The notes: generated by a model from the sequence alone, not told the origin. DNA of 64,000 nucleotides from an uncultured Methanomicrobiaceae archaeon (GCA_963826525.1 CAWGXH010000003.1:512001-576000); one strand, 5' to 3'; positions 23,311 to 34,578 are shown, numbered from the stretch's first letter. Program-made: numbers and translations.

Positions 23311-24600
23311 TCACCCTTTCGCCGCTCTCCTCTGCTTGATCCCCTCTCCCAGGATCATCGCGGTGACGGCGGATATGGTGAGGAGCAGGAGCATGGTGGT
23401 ATCGGCCGTGCCCACGACCGCGACCAGGAGAATGGCGGTCAGGGGTGCACCCATGGCGAGGGCGAGGGCGGCTGTCTCGATGCAGAGGACGCCGATCGAG
23501 ACCGGCAGGGACGGAAAGAGCAGGTTGAGGGCGAGCCCGATCATGGTGGAGGCGAAGAGGATGGGGAAGAGGGGGCCGCCGATAAACCCGCTCCGGAACG
23601 CGAGCGCGAGCAGGAGGATCTTTCAGACCGCCATGGCAATGAGCATCGCAGCCCCGAATGCCGCCGGGTCGGCGATGATCGCGTGGATCTGCTTCTCGCC
23701 CGAGAAGAGGAGGTTCGGGACGAAATAGCCGACGATCGAGGTGATGGCCGCTGCTACGAGGAGGGGCAGGATGATCCGGTCGTTAAAGACCCGCTCCATG
23801 ACCCTTGCCATCCCCTGCATGGAGAGGCCGGTAAAGACCGCGAGCAGCGACCCGACGATGCCGAGGACGACCGCGTATACGACGTATATCGGATGCAGTT
23901 CGCCGAGCGGGGCGAACGGAATGCTCCGGGCGAACGAGGGCAGGCCGAGGGCCAGGTAGAAGAGATAGCCGATGGTGCCTGCGAGCAGGTTCCAGGTCAG
24001 GAACTTCAGGGCGTTCCTGTTGCCGCCCACCTGGAACTCCGTCGCGAAGATCCCGGTGAAGAGCGGGTTGCCGATGATGCCGTTGAAGGCCGAGGCGAGG
24101 GCGGCGATGTTGACCCCGAACGAGGCATCGGCGGATTCGTGTGCGATCCGGAATTTCTTCTGTACGTAGGCGGTGATGTCGCCGACCAGGATGACAATGC
24201 CACCCTCCGGGCCGACGCTCACCCCGGAGAGGAGCGAAAAGAGCGAGGAGAGCAGTGCGCCGGGAAAAGTCCGGTAGTCGGTCTTATGCCCGCCGCCCTT
24301 CATCGAATCGATGAACCCGCCTTCCATCACCGTCGGCGCATGCAGGTACTTCCGGGAAAGGCCGACGAGCAGCGAAAAGAAGAGCGCTCCTACCGGGATC
24401 ATCCAGCGGTTGACTCCCGAAAAGTCGTTGTCGAACCAGATGGCGTTGATCAAAACTCCGTAGAGGACGATGTACCCGGCAGTAAAAACGATGGCGACGA
24501 GTGCGATGAAGATGATCTCCCGAAGTTTCGGCTCTGCCCCGCCGATCGGGCATTCGGCCGGCTCTGCCTGACCATATTCTGCCCCGGTCGTCTCCGTCAT
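23311..24600 (-). CDS. CLC/EriC-family chloride channel protein, frameshift near 23625
   Basis: SVGPEGG, AFNG and GFIGGPLFP motifs with many TM helices. ORFs 23623.. and 23311..23544. Confidence 0.85.
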
Positions 24601-24718
24601 GTCATCGGGCCTTCCTCGGGAGATCGCTTCCCCATGAGATGTCTGGAGGTGGTTTTGATATAAATAGGCACCGTACCACCGGGCAGGAGGAGAACGGACG
24701 GGGTAGTCGCCCCGGCCA

Positions 24719-25174
24719 TCATCCCCAGGGATAGTGCGCCTTCCGCTGCTCCGGCCACTCCTCCTCGCCCTGCTCCCGGATGATCTCGAGGTGCCCGGCG
24801 AGGTTCGGGTGGAACGCGAGAAGCGGCGCAAGCGTCCTGCAGGAGGTACTCTCCCCGCACGCCCAGCACCCTGCGAGGTGCCGCTCCGCCACGCACTCCC
24901 GCACCCTGCAGACGGGTTTCCCCCCGCCCTCCCGGCAGGGCGACGGGCACTCCAGGGCGATGAGAGCGCGTAAGACCTCCGCAAAGACGTCGTAGCGGCG
25001 AAGGGCCGGCACCGTCTCCGCCTTCAGCGCGGCATACTCCTCTATATGATTGTGCGCCAGCACGGCGTCCAGGCTCCGTGCGAGATCGAAGAACTCCCGC
25101 CGGGACGGGATGCAGTCGGCGCAATAGAGCCCGCAGGGGGCGGTCGGCCGCGTTTGCTCACCCGAACTTCTCAT
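24719..25174 (-). CDS. DUF3795-like Cys-rich (metal-binding) protein
   Basis: APCGLYCADC...CPSPCREGGG...CRVRECV...CWAC...C pattern. Confidence 0.75.
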   Translation of the reverse strand: MRSSGEQTRPTAPCGLYCADCIPSRREFFDLARSLDAVLAHNHIEEYAALKAETVPALRRYDVFAEVLRALIALECPSPCREGGGKPVCRVRECVAERHLAGCWACGESTSCRTLAPLLAFHPNLAGHLEIIREQGEEEWPEQRKAHYPWG

Positions 25175-25269
25175 GCGGGGAGGGTATGGCGATGCCCGGT
25201 ATAATGCTGCCGATACGAAAGCGGTATCCCGCACGGTTCACCGGAGACGCGGGGGGAGATTTCCTCCCC

Positions 25270-26356
25270 TCACTCCAGCGTCCGGCGGTAGGTCATGATC
25301 CCGAGGGTGATGGCGATCCCGGAGAAGATGATGAGCGCCAGAAGGTCGAGGCCGATGAGGCTCGCCTGTCCCCGCAGGATCAGGCTGCGGAGCGCGTGAA
25401 TTGCATAGTACTCGGGATTGATCGTGGCGATCCAGCGGAGCCAGGCGGGCATGCCGAGCACCGGGTAGAACGCTCCGCTGGTCATGAAGAGGAGGAGGTT
25501 TAAGAACGCCACGATCGAGGTATACTCCTGCTGGGCGGAGAACCGTGGAGCTGAACGAGACTACGAAGCTCGTGATCCCGATGCTGATGATGAAGAGGAC
25601 GACGAGGACCATCATGAAGGTCTCCATGCTGTCGACCAGGACGCCTGCAACGAAGATATCGACGAGGAATATGACGAACCCCGCCATGAACGCCTTGACC
25701 GTCCCGCTCGCGATGATCCCGAAGATGATGCTCGAGCGCTTCACCGGCGTGACGAGGTAGCCCTCGATGATCCCGTTTTCCCGGTCGCGGATCAGGCCGA
25801 TCCCGCCGCCCATCATGGTTGTCATGAAGATGGCCATGACGATGACCCCGACCCCGAAGAACTGGATGTACTTGATGTCACCGTAGATCTTCGAGACCTG
25901 CAGCGGGTTCTCTGCCCCCGCCTGCACCATCATGCCGCTCACCCCTGACTGGATCAGGCCGGGGATCAGATACTCGGAGCCGTCGACGTAGAGGCGGACG
26001 GCGTGATCGTTCGAGACCTCGGAGGGGAAGATCGCCACCGCCATGACTTTTCCGGCGGCAAACGCCTGCTTCGCCGTCGCTTCTCCGGAGAAGACCGTGA
26101 CATCGAACATCCGCGGATTGTCCTCTGTGTGGAAGTGAGTAAGTCCGTCGACGGCCGAGAGATAGAGGGACGTCGTGTTCCCGTGCGGGTCCTCCTGCGC
26201 CACCCCGATGGGGATGTGGGTGATCGTCCCTCCCATGGCGTTCCCGAAGATGATGAGGTACATGATGGGCATGAACAGGGTCATCACGATGATGATGGGG
26301 TTCCCTGTGAACTTCTTGAAGTCCCGCTTGAAGATCGCTATGGCACCCCGCATCAC
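25270..26356 (-). CDS. ABC-2 type transporter permease, frameshift near 25545
   Basis: DRENGIIEGYLVTPVKR motif. C-terminus SGAFYP...MPAWLRWIATINPEYYAIHALR lies in ORF 25270..25512. Confidence 0.88.
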
Positions 26357-27393
26357 GGCCGACCCCTCCTCTGCCGACCCTGGCCGGCAGGTTCTCCGCC
26401 GCCGGCATCCAGCCGCGTTCCGGTGAGGTAGATGAAGACATCCTCGATCGAGGGGGAGCGAATGGTGATCGATGTCATGGGGAGAGCGTGCTGCTCGAAT
26501 ATCTCGAGGATCGATGGCAGGACTCGGCTCCCGTTCTCGGCGGATATGAGGAGCTTGTTCTCCTGCACCTCCACGGAGGCGAGGCGGCTGTCCGCCCGCA
26601 GCGCCGCGACGACCTCCTCGTCCACCGCCTCGACCCCGATCTCGATGAGGTCTCCCGAGGGGAGGGAGTGCTTGAGGTTCTCGATGGTGTCGAGGCGGAC
26701 GAGCCGCCCTTTATCCACAAAGGCGATGCGGTCGCAGAGTTTCTCCGCCTCGTCCATGTAGTGCGTGGTCAGGATGATCGTCGTCTCCTCCTCGTTCAGG
26801 GCCGCTACCTGCTGCCAGACCTCCCGTCGGGACTCGGGGTCGAGGCCGATTGTCGGCTCGTCCAGGAAGAGGATGAGGGGTTTGTGGATGAAGGCCCGCA
26901 CGATCTCGAGCTTCCGCTTCATTCCCCCCGAGAACGTCCGCACCGGCACATGGGCGCGGTCGGTCAGGTCGACCATCTCCAGGAGTTCCCGGATTCTCGC
27001 GTCGAGCGTGCGGGGATCGATGTCCAGCAGATTGCCGTAGAACTCCAGGTTGTCGTAGGCGGTGAGTTCGAGATCGAGCGTGCTGTTCTGGGGGCAGACG
27101 CCGATCACCCTCCGGATCTCCTCAGGCTGGAGGGCAACGTCGTAGGGGCCGATGAACGCCCTCCCCAACGTGGGCTGGAGGAGGGTGGTGAGGATGCGGA
27201 TGAGCGTGCTTTTTCCCGCCCCGTTCTGGCCGAGGAGACCGAAGATCTCCCCTTTCCGCACTTCGAAGGATATGTCGTCCACTGCCTTCACCGTGCGGTT
27301 CCTGTCCCGGAAGATCTTGGAGAGGTGCTCGATCCGGATGATGTTCTCCGGGGGGTTGCTGCCTCGCTCGTCACCGGAGATGCGTGAATCCAC
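26353..27393 (-). CDS. ABC exporter ATP-binding protein (DrrA-like)
   Basis: Walker A GQNGAGKST, signature FSGGM, Walker B LFLDEPT, H-loop TTHY. GTG start at 27393 follows GGAGGT. Confidence 0.93.
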   Translation of the reverse strand: MDSRISGDERGSNPPENIIRIEHLSKIFRDRNRTVKAVDDISFEVRKGEIFGLLGQNGAGKSTLIRILTTLLQPTLGRAFIGPYDVALQPEEIRRVIGVCPQNSTLDLELTAYDNLEFYGNLLDIDPRTLDARIRELLEMVDLTDRAHVPVRTFSGGMKRKLEIVRAFIHKPLILFLDEPTIGLDPESRREVWQQVAALNEEETTIILTTHYMDEAEKLCDRIAFVDKGRLVRLDTIENLKHSLPSGDLIEIGVEAVDEEVVAALRADSRLASVEVQENKLLISAENGSRVLPSILEIFEQHALPMTSITIRSPSIEDVFIYLTGTRLDAGGGEPAGQGRQRRGRP

Positions 27394-27666
27394 GCGAATA
27401 CCTCCTATGGGACTCTGCCGATCTGCAGGGGAAGGCCGGCACGGAGCCGAACGTATCTGCAGGCAGGAGTTCAAGCAGCAGTTCGGCTGCGCGATCGCAG
27501 TTCATCTCGGCCATTCGGATCCTCGCCGTATTGATTTAGAAGACAAATGATTCGTATTTTGGACTGTTTGTGTATTAAACGATATGATCCGGCTTCGAAT
27601 GGTTTCTCCGGCGCTGGGGATCGGATTCCTCCCGGAACCACGAGGGAGGCGGGCAGCCCCTTGCCG

Positions 27667-28103
27667 TCACTCCGAAAAGAGGCGGTCACGGAGGATCGCC
27701 CGGACCAGGTCCCTGAACCGATGCATGGCCGGAAGGTCATCCTGCAGCACCCCATACACCTCGTCAAGGTTCAGCCTCCAGTACACATGGACCAGAACAT
27801 TTCTGAATCCTGCAAGGTCCGAGAGGCTGATCGGCGAGGTCTTCCGGGATAAGTCCCTCATCGCAGAGGATTGCAAAACTCTCCCGGTAGGTTTCAGGTC
27901 GGCGAGTGCTCCGGGCCGCGACCAGATGGTTGGCGATATCGATCGATGCCTGGATACTGACGAGAAGCGCATGCAGCACCATATTCCGCTTGTCCCGGTC
28001 GGCCTTCAACTCTGCGAGCGTGATGGATCGGTACCGCTCCCAGTCTCCGGTGGCCTCATTGAGTTCCCTCAGATGACCGGTGATCCCGTCGGTACTGCGT
28101 CAT
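27667..28103 (-). CDS. HEPN/DUF86 (HepT-like) ribonuclease toxin, frameshifted
   Basis: IQASIDIANHLV...PETYRESFAIL, then LAGFRNVLVHVY (R-x4-H-x-Y HEPN motif). Two indels. Confidence 0.85.
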
Positions 28104-28104
28104 A

Positions 28105-28532
28105 TCAGGCCTTCGTCAGCAGGATTCTGTCGAACCATTCGAGCGTGTCCTTATAGTCGAGATATCGGGAGAGGACGTCCGCCTCATATTCGACCGTCCT
28201 GCCCCGATCGCGGGAGAATACAGTTCTGCCGCTCCTGATGACCTCGTGCTGGAATGAGATGGGGGCGGTGTTGAGGACCTTCACATCGGCCTCAAAGCGG
28301 TGGCAAAGCGCTCGTTCAAGGTGCCGCTCGACCAGCCTCGCAAACCGCATCGCCTGGTATGGGGAGGGCTCTCCGGTTATCAGGACCGCGACATCCACGT
28401 CTGCAAAATCCCCTCTGCAGAACGAACCGAAGACATATCCGGTCTCTACCCCGGGAAGACCCGCAAGAACCGTACGGATGGTATCGAGGAGTTCCTCTCT
28501 CTCTCAGATTCCAGTACGTGGCGCCGCCTCAT
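28105..28532 (-). CDS. Minimal nucleotidyltransferase (MntA-like antitoxin), frameshift in a (GA)n tract near 28500
   Basis: YVFGSFCRGDFADVDVAV (GS...DxD), then DVKVLNTAP...EVIRSG. Lies directly upstream of the HEPN gene. Confidence 0.85.
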
Positions 28533-28619
28533 CTCTCCCCGTGTCCCTTCCGGCATCGTCTTCTCCTGGTCTTAACTCTTCCCGCATCGCATATGATTCT
28601 TTCTCGGTCAGCCCGTTGG

Positions 28620-29607
28620 TCATATTGTTTTCTCCAGCACCCACTCAACCAGTCCCACACTCACGACCATCTCGGAGAGTTGCCGGGGAGGAACCAACAC
28701 CACCCGGGAATCCGGAGGCTCGGCGTGGGCTGTCAGGGCGCTATCGGGCGAATGGACAACGTAGAAGAGCTTCCTGAAATCGTTCCGCTCGTTCCGCTTG
28801 AAAGGATCTGCATATTTGCAAAACTCGTCCAGCGTTGAACGCGATTTTACCTGAACTTGATACAATTCTTTGTTGATCTTGTCTTCGAATTCGATATCTG
28901 AAAATTTCACTGTTTTTCCGACAGCACTTCTGCGTTCCCATCCCGCTCTTTCAAAGACCAGATCGACAAGCACTTCAAAGTCTTTCCAGTGCAGGTGTTT
29001 GATCAATGCTTCTGTTCGGTGAACCAGCTGCATCTCGTGCATTGATGGCTGCGGTATATTCGGGCGTATGTTCATCGTTGATCAGACGTCTGAGTGTGTC
29101 GTATCTGAGAGTTTCTGGCGAATTGACGTTGCATGAGGTTGCCCGATAGGCCTGTAGTTGTGCAATTTCACCAGGTATCGCGTTGACCAGCAGTAACTTC
29201 CCGTGCAAGCTCTTGTCATGCCATCCATCAGCGGTCAAGCGGTATTTGGATATTTCGTCTTCGAGAATCTGACCCTCTTGCAACCGGCACCACCAGAGTT
29301 TCGAGTTGTAGAACGTGATCCATATATCGTCGTGATTCGAGTCGTGAATCTTTTTCAGCGAGTTGAAGTCATGGGTGGCGCTACCCTTATTCTGGATCTC
29401 TGTCCTGATCACTCCCTCGATTCTATCCCATTTTTTCTGATGGATATCGTCGAGATCGATGTTTGTCCAGCCGATCCGCATTATCCCTTTTTCGATGCTC
29501 GACTGTTCCCATATTCCGGCCTCTCCTAACTTGATGTAATAGGCGTTTTTGAAGTCAATCCTCTCCACTGTTCCCCTCCACAGAATATAAGACGGTACTG
29601 AATTCAA
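28620..29607 (-). CDS. Mrr-like restriction endonuclease (N-terminal putative DNA-recognition domain + PD-(D/E)xK domain), frameshift near 29030
   Basis: C-terminal HWKDFEVLVDLVFERAGW...SDIEF...YQVQVKS; N-terminal YIKLGEAGIWEQSSIEKGIMRIGW. Visibly lower GC than flanks. Confidence 0.75.
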
Positions 29608-29682
29608 ATGCTTAAAAGTGGCGTAAGTTCGGTTTTAAGAAAATGGATACTTTAATCAATTGATTGGTTCATATAGCCGTCT

Positions 29683-30165
29683 ATGGTTACCGACCTCGAA
29701 GAGAAGATCAATTACTGTTTTCAAGATCAAGGCCTGCTGAAACGCGCCTTACTCCATCCGTCACGTACGAATGAAGAGAGACAGAAGCATACAGTCTGTG
29801 AAGATCAGGACGCTCTCCGGACGTTGGGCGACGCAGCGCTGAAAGTAATATTGTGCGATCTTCTCATGCGTTCAGGATATGCAACAAAAGGTGAAATCAC
29901 CATTAAGAAGAGCACTATCGAAAGCCGGCGGTTTCTTGCTGATTTAGGAAGGAAGTTTAATCTCCAGAATGCGATCCAGGTCGGAGAGGGAGCCAGAATG
30001 CAGAAGCATAACGAGGAATCGACCGTCATTGCCGAGACACTCGAAGCAATTATCGGGGCGATGTACCTGGATGGCGGATTCGATGCAACAATGAGTGTCG
30101 TCTCCGGATGGTACGAACCCAATTGGAATGAGATGCTGAAAGACGAGATTGCTTCGCAAGAATGA
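29683..30165 (+). CDS. Ribonuclease III catalytic-domain protein without dsRBD
   Basis: LEEKINYCFQDQGLLKRALLHPS...ALRTLGDAAL...IAETLEAIIGAMYLDGG matches the RNase III fold. 160 aa, ends before any dsRBD. Confidence 0.85.
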   Translation: MVTDLEEKINYCFQDQGLLKRALLHPSRTNEERQKHTVCEDQDALRTLGDAALKVILCDLLMRSGYATKGEITIKKSTIESRRFLADLGRKFNLQNAIQVGEGARMQKHNEESTVIAETLEAIIGAMYLDGGFDATMSVVSGWYEPNWNEMLKDEIASQE

Positions 30166-30345
30166 GAAACGCAAATGAATGCGCAGGCAAAACGCGTGCT
30201 CAGGCCTTCGCCCTCGCCACAGTAGTGAGGTGTGACTGCCACAGGACGGCACCCCGGCTCCGCAGGAAGTCGTGATTCCGGGGACGACTGTCGAAATCAG
30301 AACGCTATCGAGGTAATGGCTTGAACGAAGTATTGGCTTATCGCG

Positions 30346-31206
30346 TTACTCCTGCTCCCTCTCCCCGCGCCCCGGGAAAAAGCCTCGCGGCCTGGTTGCC
30401 GGATTCGTGAGGTACTCGAGGATGCGGTCGATCACTTCCGGGTTCCCCGGCAGGCGGAGGTGGCAGTAGGTCTCCGGCTCCCGGTGCAGCATCGCGGGGT
30501 CGAGCGGGAGAATGTCGTAGCCCGCCCCCGGCAGGTACGAGTCGGCGTGGGGAATGATGCCGTCGCCGGCATACGTCGTTTGCCAGGTCCCGTCCGGTTC
30601 GAAGACCCAGGTCTTCCCCTCGAACAGCGGGAAGAAGCCGGGCATCTCCGTGCGGTTGGCGCTCATGATCACCCGGTAGCGGATATCGTCACGGGTTCCG
30701 GCGGCGCGGAGAGCGGTCACGACCCGGCTCCCGGGGCGGAGGTCCTGGACGATGGCGTCGTCCGCCGGACGATACCTGTTTGGCACGAACGTTCCGGCGA
30801 GCAGCCGGATGACATCGGGGCCGTGGACGGGATCGTTGAAGAGCTCGGCCATCGATGACCCGTTGTTCGGCGGCCCGATGCCGATCAGGTTCCGGACGTG
30901 CTCTTCGCGGGTATCCCCGTCCAGCACCTCGAGTAGATAGCGGGTGGCGAGCGTTCCCATCGAATGGCAGATGACGTCGATCGCTCCCGCGTAGCCGCTC
31001 TCCTCCCGCATCCTGCAGATGTAGCCGTGCAGTGCGGCGGCTACGGCCGGCGCCGACTCGTCCCGCATCCCGGAATGGTCGAATTTCCAGGCAGGGATTC
31101 CCCGCTCCTCGAGTCGGATGCCCAGGCGTTTCCAGATCCCGGGGTGGCTCTTCCACCCGTGCACACATACGACCGGACAGTTCTCCTGGCTCACGGAAAC
31201 CCTCAC
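30346..31206 (-). CDS. Alpha/beta hydrolase (lipase/esterase-like)
   Basis: VHGW, nucleophile elbow CHSMG, GPPNNGS, GDGIIP and a late His (YCH). Confidence 0.85.
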   Translation of the reverse strand: MRVSVSQENCPVVCVHGWKSHPGIWKRLGIRLEERGIPAWKFDHSGMRDESAPAVAAALHGYICRMREESGYAGAIDVICHSMGTLATRYLLEVLDGDTREEHVRNLIGIGPPNNGSSMAELFNDPVHGPDVIRLLAGTFVPNRYRPADDAIVQDLRPGSRVVTALRAAGTRDDIRYRVIMSANRTEMPGFFPLFEGKTWVFEPDGTWQTTYAGDGIIPHADSYLPGAGYDILPLDPAMLHREPETYCHLRLPGNPEVIDRILEYLTNPATRPRGFFPGRGEREQE

Positions 31207-31857
31207 GCTGCTGTAGAAGTGTATTCAGATTTGCTCCCCTGGCAGATGTAGCTTTTTGAGAGCGAGCGGCGGAGCGTCCCGGCCGGCACCGGGTATCCGG
31301 CTCCTTTGGGCGAGGCATCCGCCGTGTTCGAACCCTGCAGGAGCGCAGGCGGTGAAGCTCGCGGAGGTTACCTGAGGATGTCTTCAATCTTTTGTATCAG
31401 AACCTCAGCCTCGGTCCTCGAAATTGCCCCGGCGGTATCATAGACCGAGCTATGCCGCTTGCGACGCATCCGGTCGAATACGAGGGCATCACTCTCGTCG
31501 AGGAAATGTTCGGCAAACTTCACCACGGAGAGGTGCTGGTTCGCACCGCCCGGAGAATTGCATTATAGGCGATACTCTACGTCCAATCGCAATCGATTGG
31601 GAGGGGCGTGCGGGCAGTCTCGATGTCCCGGGTTCCTTCGGATCTTCTCGACGGGCCGCTGTTTAAGGGTGAGGAGTTGTCCGAGATTGAGGATGGCCGC
31701 TCTCCCGGCCGGGTACCGCATCTTCAGCCGGCTTCTCCGCAGGGGATCCGTACATTTCTCCCGACGGGAGGGGTGCCCGGTGCCGACCACCGAATGGGAT
31801 ATCACTACGTCCGCCGATACCGGGGGCTGAGGCTATGGATCCCGGGGAGACGAGCAG

Positions 31858-32100
31858 ATGAGCAGAGGAAGATTTTCGGCGACGTTGGATCGGATAGAGG
31901 ACGGCCTGGCGGTACTCCTGCTCGAGGACGACGAATCGGTCGGCATCGCCGTGCCGGCACGCCTTCTGCCGGAGGGGACGAAGGAGGGAGAAACTCTCAT
32001 CGTCACTATCAAGCGGCAGATGGGGGACACCGAGGAGGAGGCGCAGCGGATCATCGAATCGCTCGGCCGGCTGAAACCGCCCGGGGAGCGGCGCGAGTAG
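31858..32100 (+). CDS. DUF3006-family small protein
   Basis: ATLDRIEDGLAVLLLE...VPARLLPEGTKEG pattern. Confidence 0.75.
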   Translation: MSRGRFSATLDRIEDGLAVLLLEDDESVGIAVPARLLPEGTKEGETLIVTIKRQMGDTEEEAQRIIESLGRLKPPGERRE

Positions 32101-32129
32101 GAACGGCCTGCCTGCGGTCGACCGATGGA

Positions 32130-32981
32130 TTACGCGGCTGAATCCGCCTTCTCCCACCACACCTTCACCCGGGTCGAATGGCCGGGCACGATGATGGTAT
32201 CCCCGTCCTGTTCGGCATAGCGGCTCAGGTACTGCCGGAGTATCTCTTTCTGCCCGGCTGTCTCGGCGAAGGATCGCGGAGCGAAGTGATCGACCGCCTC
32301 GGCCAGGTCTGCAAACCGGTTGATGTGCCGGAGGGGAAATACCTCGATGTTCGGGTAGATGCCCATCGAATACAGTACATTGTAGAGGACGTCGCATTTC
32401 GGGGAGGAAACGAACGACGAGCCGTGGAGGAGAGGCCAGAGTTCGCGTGACATCGCGTCCCACGACGTCTCTCCGGCAAACCAGTAGATGTATACGTACC
32501 GGGAGGAGGCCTCCTCCAGTTTTCTGACGGCATCCCTGATATCGGGCACATCCAGGGAGTACGACGCAAAGACGATATCGTACGGCGGACTGAGATCCTC
32601 CACCACGCCGACGTCCTCCCACCGTTTCCGGACAACGCCGATGTTGTCGATCCGCTCCCCTTCGACGTTCTCCTCGAGCACCGACCACATCCCCTCCGAG
32701 GGTTCGACGGCCGTAACGTGCCCGACCTGTCTGGCAATGGGAATGGCAAGAGCTCCTGGGCCGGCTCCGACGTCGAGCACACGCGACGAGGGTGTTAAAG
32801 GGAGGTCCCGGAGAGTTTTCCGGATCCGTTCTCCGTTGTTCTCCTGCGCCATTCTATAGAACCTGCGTGCCACCTCTTTCGTGTCCCAGAACTGCGCGTC
32901 CGTAGAGTTTCTGTTCGCCTCGTGGTGCCGTCTCCGCTGTTCTTTCCATACGTCGTTCCAGTCAATCGCGTGCGCTTTCAT
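32130..32981 (-). CDS. Class I SAM-dependent methyltransferase
   Basis: VLDVGAGPGAL, VTAVEPS and YDIVFAS motifs; N-terminal DWNDVWK. Confidence 0.88.
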   Translation of the reverse strand: MKAHAIDWNDVWKEQRRRHHEANRNSTDAQFWDTKEVARRFYRMAQENNGERIRKTLRDLPLTPSSRVLDVGAGPGALAIPIARQVGHVTAVEPSEGMWSVLEENVEGERIDNIGVVRKRWEDVGVVEDLSPPYDIVFASYSLDVPDIRDAVRKLEEASSRYVYIYWFAGETSWDAMSRELWPLLHGSSFVSSPKCDVLYNVLYSMGIYPNIEVFPLRHINRFADLAEAVDHFAPRSFAETAGQKEILRQYLSRYAEQDGDTIIVPGHSTRVKVWWEKADSAA

Positions 32982-33502
32982 GGGTATCTTCCCGTTATGT
33001 GAATCTGATTATCGTGATGAATCGATCCGTCATCTGTTTCTCTTTGCTCCTGCCGATGCCGGAAAACCTCCGGATCTCCTGATGACCATCGCGGCGTGGG
33101 GCGCGAACCGCCCTGCATCGACGGGATAGGTGTAGCGAATCCCGTCGTTGCCGCAGATCATGCAGAGAGGCCGGGCGGATTCGAGGTCTATATCCCCCCT
33201 CCCCGGTGGCAGTTACATACTTCACACTAATATTCAATTTGTTATTACTTTTTTCATTTTACAACGCTCTTTTTTCATCCGCCTGCCTTCCTGACCGGAG
33301 GGAGATTTCGGGCAGGTGCAGAACGCATCGTGTCCCGGGGGGTTTGGTGTTACACTACTAGAGAAAATATTTTACTTAGTGGTATTTATTGTCCTCTAAC
33401 AAACTATTCAATATGTATTAGGTGCATGTTTATGATATCGCCACCGCCCGGCAGTGGTTTGGGGTGCCGTTGCCGGGCGAAGGGATCCGGTGTTCGGGAG
33501 CC

Positions 33503-34459
33503 ATGTACGACAGTATCGTTCAGACGGTGACGCTGGCAGCCGGCCTGCTCGGCGAGATGGTTCCGATGATGGTCGTCGGCGTCTTTCTCGCCGAGCTGCT
33601 CGTCGCCCTGAAGGTCGCCGGGAGGATTGCGGCTCTCTCCCGCCCGCTCACCTCATTCGCCTGCCTCCGTGAGGAGTGCGGCACCAGTTTTCTCATGGCC
33701 TTCGTCTCTCCTCCTGCCGCCAACGCCATGCTGGTGGACTACCATGCGAAGCAGATCATTACCCGGAACGAACTCGTCATCGCTGCCGTCATGAACTCGT
33801 TTCCGACGGTCGTCATGCACTGGCGATACCTCCTCCCGGTCTATATTCCGCTCCTCGGCATCCCCGGCCTCATCTATTTCGGCCTGCTGATGCTGGTGGG
33901 CCTTGCAAAGACCGTGGTCGTCATGGTCACCGGGCGGGCCGTCCTCACACCCGCTCCCGCCGCTGCGGCCGGTTTCGTGGAGGAGCCGGCCGTCACGTTT
34001 CGCGAAGCCCTGAAAGCGGCATGCGTCTCTTCCCAAAAGACCCTGACACGCCTGCTCAAAGTCACCGTCCCCACCATCGTCATCGTGGCGTTCCTCATCA
34101 ACGCGGGTACGTTCGACCGGCTTGCCGGGATGATGCAGGGTGCAGGCGGGTTCTTCCCGGTTCCCCCGGAAGGCTTCGCCATCATTGCCGCCCAGTTCGG
34201 CAGTTTCGTTGCCGGAGCGAGCGTCGCGTCCGCCCTGCTCGCTGCCGGGGATATGACCTGGCAGCAGATCGTCCTTACCCTGCTCGTCGGCAACATTCTC
34301 ACCAGCGTGACGCGGAGCATCCGCTGGTTCGGTTCGTCGTATGCGGCAATATTCGGGATGCGGACCGGCACGGCGATCATGGTGATCTCGACCGCGCTTC
34401 GGAACGGCATCATGGCGGTACTGGTCGTCGTGCTGGCCTACGGCCTGGGCTGGGGATGA
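33503..34459 (+). CDS. Nucleoside-recognition (Gate)-domain membrane protein
   Basis: Multi-TM protein with SFLMAFVSPPAANAML and NSFP motifs; ATG at 33503. Confidence 0.7.
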   Translation: MYDSIVQTVTLAAGLLGEMVPMMVVGVFLAELLVALKVAGRIAALSRPLTSFACLREECGTSFLMAFVSPPAANAMLVDYHAKQIITRNELVIAAVMNSFPTVVMHWRYLLPVYIPLLGIPGLIYFGLLMLVGLAKTVVVMVTGRAVLTPAPAAAAGFVEEPAVTFREALKAACVSSQKTLTRLLKVTVPTIVIVAFLINAGTFDRLAGMMQGAGGFFPVPPEGFAIIAAQFGSFVAGASVASALLAAGDMTWQQIVLTLLVGNILTSVTRSIRWFGSSYAAIFGMRTGTAIMVISTALRNGIMAVLVVVLAYGLGWG

Positions 34460-34578
34460 GGGTTTGCCGGTGCAGCGTCAGGTCTTGTCTCTGAGGGTGT
34501 TCACCCTCCGCGACGCATAGTGCAACCTCATCTCTCGAATACAAAGGCAATTATGCCTGCCGACGAGAAAGGTACATA

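Noticed and set aside
31210-31850. Possible ComEC/metallo-hydrolase gene expected upstream of DUF3006
   Set aside because: No recognisable motifs in any frame.
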